Assembly: GCA_015228925.1 (NCBI GenBank)
Contig: JADGCQ010000010.1
Location: 1,128 to 65,127, forward strand
DNA: 64,000 nucleotides
Reading direction: 5' to 3'
DNA from: Magnetococcales bacterium
GTDB lineage: Bacteria > Pseudomonadota > Magnetococcia > Magnetococcales > UBA8363
Positions 1-7,915 of the stretch are shown one piece after another. The stretch's first letter is position 1, and each line of letters opens with the position of its first letter. A program made the translations under genes and the position numbers. The notes beneath the pieces were generated by a model that worked only from the letters and a program-made list of their open reading frames with translations, did not search any database and was not told the origin of the DNA.

Positions 1-1002
1 CTACCACCGGATGAGTGCCGAAGCCCAGGTGAATCCACCACCGAAGGCATCCAATAAAACCAAGTGACCGGGGCGAATCCGCCCATCCCGCACCGCTTCA
101 TCCAGTGCCAGAGGGACACTGGCCGCCGATGTGTTGCCATGGTGATCCACCGTCATGACCACCTTGCTTTCAGGAATGTTGACACGCTTGGCCGTCGCTT
201 GGAGAATGCGCTTGTTGGCCTGATGGGGAATGAACCAGTCCACATCGTCTACCGTCAGACCATTGGCCGCCAGTGCCTCCTCGGCGACGGCACCCATGGC
301 CTTGACCGCTTGCTTGAATACTTCATTGCCATGCATGTCCACAAAGCCTAAAGCGTCATGCTTGACATCAAAACCGCTGGGACGCCCCTGAGATATGCCG
401 CCAGTCACATGCAATAATTCGACATAACTGCCATCGGCATGCATGTGGGTGGAAAGAATCCCCCGATCATCCCCCCCTTCGACGGCTTCCAGTACCACCG
501 CCCCGGCTCCGTCACCAAACAAAATGCAAGTCGTCCGATCATTCCAATCCAGGATGCGGGTGAATGTTTCTGCCCCGATGACCAACACTTTTTGAGACAT
601 TCCCGAACGAATGAACTGATCGGCGATACTCAAGGCGTAGACGAAGCCGGTACAAACCGCCTGAATATCGAAAACTGGAGCTTTGGTACTCTGCGCACCT
701 ATTTTTCGCTGAACGATCGCAGCCGTTGCTGGGAATACCAAGTCAGGTGTGGAGGTAGCACAGATAATCAGGTCCAAATCCTTGGGATCACAACCAGCCG
801 CCTCCAGGGCACGCTGACCCGCGTGGGCCGCAAGATCAGAGGTCATTTCCCCCTCGGCGGCAATGCGGCGTTCGAGGATCCCCGTCCGACTGGAGATCCA
901 TTCGCTGGTCGTATCGACCAACTTGGCCAACGCATCGTTGGTCATCCGTTTTTCTGGCAGGTAGGAACCTGTTCCAATGATCCTGGCCCGCGGTGCGTTC
1001 AT
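1..1002 (-). CDS. fabH: 3-oxoacyl-ACP synthase III (KAS III)
   Basis: 333-aa ORF. Motifs [36 protein letters not shown], active-site [20 protein letters not shown] and [14 protein letters not shown]. 4-nt overlap with upstream plsX, as in the conserved plsX-fabH arrangement. Confidence 0.93.
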   Translation of the reverse strand: MNAPRARIIGTGSYLPEKRMTNDALAKLVDTTSEWISSRTGILERRIAAEGEMTSDLAAHAGQRALEAAGCDPKDLDLIICATSTPDLVFPATAAIVQRKIGAQSTKAPVFDIQAVCTGFVYALSIADQFIRSGMSQKVLVIGAETFTRILDWNDRTTCILFGDGAGAVVLEAVEGGDDRGILSTHMHADGSYVELLHVTGGISQGRPSGFDVKHDALGFVDMHGNEVFKQAVKAMGAVAEEALAANGLTVDDVDWFIPHQANKRILQATAKRVNIPESKVVMTVDHHGNTSAASVPLALDEAVRDGRIRPGHLVLLDAFGGGFTWASALIRW

Positions 1003-2021
1003 TCCATTCCCTTTCCATTGTTGAGCAAACCAACGTGCGTTTTAATGGTCTGATTGACTTTGTTGATGGTTAAATCTCGGGCAACGCGAATCGCTTGTCC
1101 GAAGGCGTAACCATCTGCTGATCCGTGACTTTTAACGACAACACCATCAAGCCCCAACAACATTGCCCCGTTCAAGGTTCTTGGATCCAACCGTTGTTTG
1201 AAGCGGTTCAATGCTGGCCGCGCCAGGAGAAAGCCGATTCGCGACCAAAGGGAATGGCGCATGCTTTCCTTGAGAAAGTGGGAGATCATCCGCACCACAC
1301 CCTCGCTGGATTTTAAACTGATATTGCCGACAAATCCATCGCAGACGATGACATCAATGTGCCCTTCATAGATGTCGGTCCCTTCGACATTACCAACGAA
1401 ATGATCACCCAAGGCGCGACGAATCAGTTCGGCGGCTTCCTTGACAACGCCAGTCCCTTTGACCTCTTCGGAACCGACATTCAACAGGCCGACTTTAGGG
1501 TTTTGGCGGTGCAGCACCTGGGTGGCATAAATTTCCCCCATGATGGCAAACTGGCAAAGATTTTTGGCACCACACTCCACATTGGCACCAAGATCCAACA
1601 TCATGGTTTTTCCGGTTTGGGTAGGGACCAACGTAGCGATGGCCGGTCGATCAATACCCGGTAACATACGCAGGACAAAGCGCGATGTTGCCATCAAGGC
1701 ACCGGTATTTCCAGCCGATACCATCGCATCGACCGCGCCAGACTTGACCAGATCAATACAAACCCGCATGGAGGAGTTTTTTTTGAACCGGAGTGCTTGA
1801 GCCGGTTCTTCTCCCATCCCCACGACCTCGGACGCCACCTGGATCTCGAAGTGGTCCCGGCTGGACTTGACCTTTTCAAGTTCTTCCAGAATGACCGCTT
1901 CCTGGCCTACGAGGACGAACCGGGTATCTGGAAAATCCAATGCCGCACGCGCGGCCCCTTCAATGACCGATCCAGGGGCATGGTCCCCCCCCATGGCATC
2001 CAGGGCTATGCGGATATCCAC
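999..2021 (-). CDS. plsX: phosphate acyltransferase PlsX
   Basis: 340-aa ORF starting [23 protein letters not shown] (PlsX hallmark GGDHAP). Position rpmF-plsX-fabH. Confidence 0.92.
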   Translation of the reverse strand: MDIRIALDAMGGDHAPGSVIEGAARAALDFPDTRFVLVGQEAVILEELEKVKSSRDHFEIQVASEVVGMGEEPAQALRFKKNSSMRVCIDLVKSGAVDAMVSAGNTGALMATSRFVLRMLPGIDRPAIATLVPTQTGKTMMLDLGANVECGAKNLCQFAIMGEIYATQVLHRQNPKVGLLNVGSEEVKGTGVVKEAAELIRRALGDHFVGNVEGTDIYEGHIDVIVCDGFVGNISLKSSEGVVRMISHFLKESMRHSLWSRIGFLLARPALNRFKQRLDPRTLNGAMLLGLDGVVVKSHGSADGYAFGQAIRVARDLTINKVNQTIKTHVGLLNNGKGME

Positions 2022-2051
2022 TTTGGTTGTTATCCCGGATCCCGGTAAGAT

Positions 2052-2234
2052 TTAGTCTTCAACCGCAGCCACCACTTCCCGACCGGCGTACCAGCCACAT
2101 TTTGGACAAACCCGATGGGGCATGGTCGGTTCCTGGCAGTTGGAGCAGACCGAGAGGCTTGGCGGTTTGATCGCATTGTGCGCCCTGCGGGCACCACGCC
2201 GAGATGAGGAAATTCGTTTCTTTGGGACAGCCAT
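2052..2234 (-). CDS. rpmF: 50S ribosomal protein L32
   Basis: MAVPKKRISSSRRGARRAHNAIK... with a CxxC...CxxC zinc ribbon. Start taken at the MAVPKK ATG (2234) rather than the ORF-track start 2249. Confidence 0.9.
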   Translation of the reverse strand: MAVPKKRISSSRRGARRAHNAIKPPSLSVCSNCQEPTMPHRVCPKCGWYAGREVVAAVED

Positions 2235-2298
2235 TTTCAACTCCTTCAAAGAAAAATCGGGTCAATACGACCGTTCATGCCCTATGAACCCGAAAGGT

Positions 2299-2826
2299 TT
2301 AGGAAAGTTTTAGCTCTTTCAATCTGGAAAAAGGACCTTCCCTGGTATTGTCTTCACAATGGCACCGCTCATGGTTACGGTTGCAGCCACACTGTGGGCA
2401 CAGGCCACGACAGTCATCGGAACACACGGGCATCATGGGGAGATCCAGCAACAATTCCTCCCGTACCAAATCTTGTATTGTCAATTCGCTGGAGGGTAAA
2501 AATGTTTGTTCGTCTTCAATGCCTTGAATTTTATGGTTGTGTGCGGGATCGACGCCAACACAAAACAGCCGTTCCATGTGGCTACTTTGTTCGCGAACAA
2601 ACACTTCCAGGCAGCGGGAACACACATACCGCCCCTGATAGGCCAGCGTTCCAGAGACACGCCATTGATCCTTAGCGCGAGAGACGGTGATATCGACGGC
2701 AACCGGATCGGGAAGCACCATCTCCTCTGGAGGTAAAGACAACAGACTACCGGAAACATGGCCAGAAAAATGCCTTTCCCGGTAACTTTTTGGATCTAAT
2801 TGAATGACAAGTCCATCCAACAGCAT
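2299..2826 (-). CDS. yceD: YceD/DUF177 family protein (23S rRNA accumulation protein)
   Basis: 175 aa. Cys-rich C-terminus CSDDCRGLCPQCGCNRNHERCHC typical of DUF177. Conserved position upstream of rpmF. Confidence 0.8.
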   Translation of the reverse strand: MLLDGLVIQLDPKSYRERHFSGHVSGSLLSLPPEEMVLPDPVAVDITVSRAKDQWRVSGTLAYQGRYVCSRCLEVFVREQSSHMERLFCVGVDPAHNHKIQGIEDEQTFLPSSELTIQDLVREELLLDLPMMPVCSDDCRGLCPQCGCNRNHERCHCEDNTREGPFSRLKELKLS

Positions 2827-2954
2827 TCAAACACCTCGTTCAGACCGAAAAGAGCCTTTGGAGATTGCTCCGAAAGGTTATTTTCCGGTGATTGGCGATG
2901 GCGTCCCACTTTCGAGCATCTTGATGAAAGGGGGCGACAACGGGGGCGATTGTG

Positions 2955-3152
2955 TCAGGAACGGACCATGTACACAACGACCAATCCAAGAAACATCAGG
3001 ACAAATCCCGTTTGGCGCAGTGGGCGATCCGACATTTCGGCAACCTTGATGATCCAGTCGCGCATTTTATCTGGGGCTACGAAATAGGGAATCCCCTCCA
3101 AGATCATCACGAGTCCCAACGCGGTTAAAAAATCCTTCAATGGTTTATCCAC
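2955..3152 (-). CDS. DUF2065 small membrane protein (YjeT-like)
   Basis: 65 aa with two hydrophobic helices (LGLVMILEGIPYF ... FVLMFLGLVVVYMV). Lies immediately downstream of hflC, as yjeT does in E. coli. Confidence 0.7.
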   Translation of the reverse strand: MDKPLKDFLTALGLVMILEGIPYFVAPDKMRDWIIKVAEMSDRPLRQTGFVLMFLGLVVVYMVRS

Positions 3153-4022
3153 TCAGGGGGTTGGAGGTTGTCCATCCTGGAGAAAGCGGAAAAAACCAGT
3201 GGGTTGTACCAGCAAAGTGGTACCCTCTGCAAAGGCTTTTTGATAGGCATCCAAAGTTCTTTTGAATTCGTAGAACTGAGGATCCTTCTTATAGGCTTCG
3301 GCGTAGATTGTGGCCGCCTCGGCATCGCCAGAACCACGGATTTCCTCGGATATTTTAAACGCATTGGCCATGATGATCTCCCGATCCTTGTCCGCGATAG
3401 AGCGAATCTTGACCGCTTCTTCCCCACCTTCGGCGCGATATTGTTTGGCTTGCCGCTCCCGTTCGGTCTGCATTCTCTTGAAGACCGCTTTGGAGTTTTC
3501 GATGGGCAGGTCGGTCCGCTTGATGCGCACGTCCAATACCTCGATGCCGTATTGCGACGATTGCAGATTGGCCTGGGTTCGGATGCGGGCCATAAGATCT
3601 TCGCGGGCACCGGCGACGATTTCCATCATAGTGAACTGACCCAGAACTTCACGCAGATTGGAATAGATGATATCGTTGATACGCGCTGTGGCACCGGCTT
3701 CATTACGAACCGTCTGGTAAAATTTTAATGTGTCCACGATCCGCCAACGGGCATAACTATCGACTTTAAGATTCTTTTTGTCGGAGGAGAGGATTTCCTG
3801 CGGTTCCTGATCGAAAACCAACAATCTTTTTTCAAAGTTATACACGTCCTGTAGAAAGGGAACCTTGAAGTGCAACCCAGGTTCGCTGACTGTACGGACG
3901 GGCTTGCCAAGTTGCAGGATCAGGGCTTGTTGTACTTGGTGAACGACAAAGACCGATTGGGACAGCAAGACAAGTCCGGCAACGGTCAGGACGGTCAGTC
4001 CCGTTTGCAATCCTTTGTTCAT
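3153..4022 (-). CDS. hflC: protease modulator HflC (SPFH/band-7)
   Basis: 289 aa with an N-terminal TM and an SPFH domain. 4-nt overlap with hflK upstream. Confidence 0.88.
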   Translation of the reverse strand: MNKGLQTGLTVLTVAGLVLLSQSVFVVHQVQQALILQLGKPVRTVSEPGLHFKVPFLQDVYNFEKRLLVFDQEPQEILSSDKKNLKVDSYARWRIVDTLKFYQTVRNEAGATARINDIIYSNLREVLGQFTMMEIVAGAREDLMARIRTQANLQSSQYGIEVLDVRIKRTDLPIENSKAVFKRMQTERERQAKQYRAEGGEEAVKIRSIADKDREIIMANAFKISEEIRGSGDAEAATIYAEAYKKDPQFYEFKRTLDAYQKAFAEGTTLLVQPTGFFRFLQDGQPPTP

Positions 4023-5104
4023 TGCTTGACCTCTTGTGTTTGCGCCTGAGTGCCGACGGGAGACATTTCAGTCAGTGGAAGGAAGGGGAGAACGCCGCGA
4101 CTGGCATCAGGGTGCATGACCACCTTTTTGGTGTTGGCCAGAACCTCTTCCATGGTTTCAATATAGAGCCGGGAGCGGGTGATTTCAGGTGCTTTTCTAA
4201 ATTCCTCCAATAGGGCGAGGAAACGGTTGACTTCACCTTTGGCACGGGCAATTTTAGTGGCTTTGTACCCTTCGGCCTGCTGGATTTCTTGAGCCGCCTG
4301 ACCTTTGGCCCTGGGGAGGATATCACTCTGGTAGCCCTGCGCCTCATTGATGGCCCGCTCACGATCTTCCCGTGCGCTGGCAACGTCCTTGAAGGCATGG
4401 ATCACCTCTTGGGGAGGGGCCACCTGTTGGAGTTGTACGTTGACGATGACAATGCCACTCTTATAGCTATCGAGAATTTCCTGCATGGTCACCCTGGTAT
4501 TGGTTTGGATGATCTCTTTTCCCGAAGTCAGGGCGGTGTCGATGTCGTTGCGGCCAATAACCTGACGAATGGCCGACTCGGCGGCGTTGCGGACGGCGTT
4601 ATGGGGGTCGTCGCCGGGATTACGGACGTTGAACAGGAAATTGGCAGCCCCATTTTCCTGGATGCGGTATTGGACCGACAGGTCGATATCGATGATGTTC
4701 TCATCGCCGGTGAGCATGAGGGACTCTACCGGGACATCGGTGTTGTTGCGTCCACGGCTGCGATAGCCGATTTCAATTCTTTGAATCTGTGTCACCTGGG
4801 GTGTGTAGACGCTTTCGATGGGGTAGGGGATGTGGAAGTGTGGTCCAGGATCGGTGGTCTCGATGTAGCGTCCGAAGCGGACGACCACCCCTTGTTCATC
4901 GGGGGCGACGACGTAGATACCGGTTGCCATCCACAGGGCGAAAACGACCAATGCGATGATTGGCCATAGTTGGCCACCGGGTAATTTGCCCTTGAATCGT
5001 TCTCTGGCAAGATCAAAAATTTTTTCCAAGTCTGGAGGCTGGGGTGCGTTGGAGCCTGAACCCCACGGACCTTGTTGTCCGCCCCCGTTATTGTTCCATG
5101 CCAT
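4019..5104 (-). CDS. hflK: protease modulator HflK (SPFH/band-7)
   Basis: 361 aa. N-terminus MAWNNNGGGQQGPWGSG...PPDLEKIF resembles E. coli HflK, followed by a TM and an SPFH domain. Confidence 0.88.
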   Translation of the reverse strand: MAWNNNGGGQQGPWGSGSNAPQPPDLEKIFDLARERFKGKLPGGQLWPIIALVVFALWMATGIYVVAPDEQGVVVRFGRYIETTDPGPHFHIPYPIESVYTPQVTQIQRIEIGYRSRGRNNTDVPVESLMLTGDENIIDIDLSVQYRIQENGAANFLFNVRNPGDDPHNAVRNAAESAIRQVIGRNDIDTALTSGKEIIQTNTRVTMQEILDSYKSGIVIVNVQLQQVAPPQEVIHAFKDVASAREDRERAINEAQGYQSDILPRAKGQAAQEIQQAEGYKATKIARAKGEVNRFLALLEEFRKAPEITRSRLYIETMEEVLANTKKVVMHPDASRGVLPFLPLTEMSPVGTQAQTQEVKQ

Positions 5105-5190
5105 GATTCAACTCCTTAGGAGTGCCGCTTCGTCTGTCATTCATGGGAAATCATCCTCAAAAAGGGGCTAATGTTCTCATTATTTGTCTC

Positions 5191-5916
5191 TCAAGTAAAG
5201 GTACTATCCAGTGTTGCCACCACGGCCAGGGCGGCGATGGCAGCGGTTTCCGTTCTGAGGATGCGGTGCCCTAGCGAGACAGCGGTGATGTGATGATCGG
5301 ACATCAACTGCCGCTCGCGGTCGCTCCATCCCCCCTCTGGGCCACAGAGGAGTGCCATGGGTTGGTCCCGGTGATGCTGGTGCCAGACAGGCAATGGTAC
5401 TCTGGGTTCATAAGCATCGAGAAATGCCCTCTTTTCGTCAGAATTTCCGGCCATGAACCGGTCCAATGGTTGCACCGGGTGCAATCTTGGAATGATCGCC
5501 CTGCGACACTGACGGGCTGCCTTGAGGATGATGCGGTTCCAGGTGGAAGATTTATTCTGGCCATGACGGGTTTCGTCAACAGGCTGTCCCCGTTCCGAAA
5601 GGAGCGGATAGATCTCCGTGACTCCCAGTTCCACCGCCTTTTGGAGAATCAAAAGCATCCGTTCACGTTCGGGGATGACGGGACATAACCGCCGAGGGTG
5701 CCTGGGTTCCATTTCCGCTGGGAGGGATTCAAAGACGACCGCTTCCATGCATCGGGGCAAGAGTCGCGCCCGGAAATAACGTCCTGCCGGATCGACCATG
5801 GTCAGCACGTCGCCAGGGCGGGCTTGCCAACGTTCCAGGGTGGTACCCATATCCGGTTCCAAGGCGACGACTTCTTCCCGTCGTGATGGGGACCAAGCAA
5901 GCCGGATCATCGGCAT
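5191..5916 (-). CDS. rsmE: 16S rRNA (uracil1498-N3)-methyltransferase RsmE
   Basis: 241 aa. C-terminal SPOUT knot motifs LLCGPEGGWSDRE and LGHRILRTETAAIAAL. Confidence 0.8.
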   Translation of the reverse strand: MPMIRLAWSPSRREEVVALEPDMGTTLERWQARPGDVLTMVDPAGRYFRARLLPRCMEAVVFESLPAEMEPRHPRRLCPVIPERERMLLILQKAVELGVTEIYPLLSERGQPVDETRHGQNKSSTWNRIILKAARQCRRAIIPRLHPVQPLDRFMAGNSDEKRAFLDAYEPRVPLPVWHQHHRDQPMALLCGPEGGWSDRERQLMSDHHITAVSLGHRILRTETAAIAALAVVATLDSTFT

Positions 5917-6668
5917 ATCCGATCCCGTGAGGCGATGGTCTCGTGGAGAATTCCCCGCAAAATGGAAACCTCCCGTTTGTCCAATGCTGCCCGGTTGAAA
6001 AGTGCCTTGAGGCTCCCCATCATCACCCGCCCTTGTCCTGGTTTGATAAAATCAATTTCCCGGAGAACCGTTTCCAAATGGGTGAATAACCGGTTCATGT
6101 CATCGGCGGAAGCCAATGTTTTATGTTCCACCGCCATCAAACCCATCTCCCGGTTGGCCTCCATGGCCAGCATGATCTCATAGGCGATGACCATGACCGC
6201 ATGGGACAGGTTGAGAGAACCGTAGGTGCCGGTGGTGGGGATGTTACACACGACATCGGCACGGTCAACATCCACCGAATGCAGTCCCGTCCGTTCGGTC
6301 CCAAACAAAATTCCCCCCTTCACCCCGTCACGGACCATGTGTTCCCGCCACCGTGTGGCCAGTTGCCGGGGAGTCAGTACCGTTTGGCGTTGGCCTCGGG
6401 AACGGTTGGTCGTGGCGGCCAGGAAATGCAGATCGCCTACCGCAGCCTCCACACTCGCAAATATTTTGGCATTGGCCAGGATCTCCAAACCACTGGCGGC
6501 AAAGGATTCCGCCTCCGGGTGGGGAAATCTTTGTGGTGCCACCAAGCGCAACTCGGTTAAACCCATGTTGGCCATGACCCGTGCCGTTGCGCCAATGTTG
6601 CCAGGATGACTGGTCCGGTCCAGAATGATGACCGGCATCCATGGGGATACGTGATGACAAATGTTCAA
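5907..6668 (-). CDS. SpoU/TrmH-family RNA 2'-O-methyltransferase (TrmJ-like)
   Basis: 253 aa. Motifs ILDRTSHPGNIGATARVMANMGL, FGTERTGL and IPTTGTYGSLNLSHAV. The true start may be the internal MPVIIL (about 6638). Confidence 0.8.
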   Translation of the reverse strand: MNICHHVSPWMPVIILDRTSHPGNIGATARVMANMGLTELRLVAPQRFPHPEAESFAASGLEILANAKIFASVEAAVGDLHFLAATTNRSRGQRQTVLTPRQLATRWREHMVRDGVKGGILFGTERTGLHSVDVDRADVVCNIPTTGTYGSLNLSHAVMVIAYEIMLAMEANREMGLMAVEHKTLASADDMNRLFTHLETVLREIDFIKPGQGRVMMGSLKALFNRAALDKREVSILRGILHETIASRDRICR

Positions 6669-6904
6669 GGTTTTCTCACTCCAGAATCAATGGGTACGGT
6701 TCATCAGGGCGTTTAAAATACTAAAATCTGGTCTCAAGCATCCAGGAGACTTTGACCGAATTCCGTTTTGAATTCAATAATCCTTCCCACAAATGAAAAA
6801 GCAGTTCAAGATAGCGTCCGGGCTGTTGTTGCGATATAAGAGAATTTTACGGTGCGCCGGGCGACCGGGCAGCAGGATGAAAACACTATCATTGGGTCGG
6901 ATTC

Positions 6905-7915
6905 TTGAAGTACAGCAAAGGGTTTTTCAAACATTCAGACAACGCCAAACGTAAGCCTGCGGCCATACGGCGTATTGCTACCCCCAAGCCCACAGGTGCC
7001 GTCAGACGCAAATCATCGCCTCCTATGGGCGTCAGAAGTTTGCTGATGCCCTTTGCGTTTTTGGCTGCCCTTGGATGTGGATGGGGAATTCTGGCACTCG
7101 TTCAGACGATCCAAACCAAAGAAGTTCGCAGCCCCTGGCAGGCATGTCTGGAAAATCAGGAAGGGGGTGCCCTCTATCCTTCTCTGATCGAAATCCCTGC
7201 GGGAAACTACAATCTTCCCAGTGAAGCCACGCCCCTGACTCCGTTTTTGCAATTTTATCGGAAGCCTCATTTTGTTTTAGAAAAAAGTTTTCTTGTTCAA
7301 AGCCGGGAAGTGGATCAGGAACAGTTCCGGCGTTATGCTGATGATGTCGAACGTCTCCAAGATTTTAATGAAAAACAGCGGTTACGGCTGCGCATGGGTG
7401 ACCATTGGGGCCACAGTGATGTCCAGGACTCCTTGGTGCGGCATGTCTCCTGGGAAGGGGCCATGGATTATGCCCAGTGGTTTTCAAAAAAAACGGGCTG
7501 TGACTACCGCCTCCCCTACAGGGAAGAGTGGGCTGTCGCCGCAATCTATCTCAATTCCCTTGGCAAATCGGTCATCGATGGTTCCATCGACTCGGAAGGT
7601 GTAGTAAAAAGCATTCTTTTTGGAACGCGGGAATGGTCACAATCCCCTTGTCCAGATGGTTATCATATTCTGGGCGGGGACGATTGGGTTGCGACCGCCG
7701 ACGACCGAAAAGAAATTTGTATGCCTGCCATACTCGCAATGGCGGGGTTTCGCTTGGTTCTCAATCCATCGAGCATTCCCGGTACCACGGCGGATGGTGG
7801 CCCGGAGCGTGGCCCAGAGCGTGGCTCGGAGCGTGGCCCAGAACATGGTGAGACCGGCGATTTCCTAAAGATGGATCAGGCATTGACCGTGGAAAAAAAT
7901 AATTCCGTTCCATGA
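6905..7915 (+). CDS. membrane-anchored FGE-sulfatase (SUMF1-like / C-type-lectin-fold) domain protein
   Basis: 336 aa, TTG start. Basic N-terminus, one TM (LLMPFAFLAALGCGWGILALV), then degenerate FGE-sulfatase motifs (IEIPAGNYNL, VSWEGAMDYAQWFSKKTGCDYRLPYREEWAVAA, GTREWSQ...GGDDW). C-terminal GPER repeats. Stop overlaps the next start (ATGA). Confidence 0.65.
   Translation: MKYSKGFFKHSDNAKRKPAAIRRIATPKPTGAVRRKSSPPMGVRSLLMPFAFLAALGCGWGILALVQTIQTKEVRSPWQACLENQEGGALYPSLIEIPAGNYNLPSEATPLTPFLQFYRKPHFVLEKSFLVQSREVDQEQFRRYADDVERLQDFNEKQRLRLRMGDHWGHSDVQDSLVRHVSWEGAMDYAQWFSKKTGCDYRLPYREEWAVAAIYLNSLGKSVIDGSIDSEGVVKSILFGTREWSQSPCPDGYHILGGDDWVATADDRKEICMPAILAMAGFRLVLNPSSIPGTTADGGPERGPERGSERGPEHGETGDFLKMDQALTVEKNNSVP
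7799..7846 (+). repeat. 4 x 12-bp in-frame tandem repeat (GPER/GSER/GPEH)
   Basis: ggcccggagcgt ggcccagagcgt ggctcggagcgt ggcccagaacat, read directly; encodes GPERGPERGSERGPEH. Confidence 0.85.

Noticed and set aside
6905-7915. Possible third DGR target (the FGE-fold protein could carry a VR).
   Set aside because: Its C-terminal FGE-fold region (gcaatggcggggtttcgcttggttctcaatcca...) shows no nucleotide-level match to the TR, and it lacks the conserved GGSW...LGFRVAAP frame, the IMH-like tail and the downstream GC hairpin.
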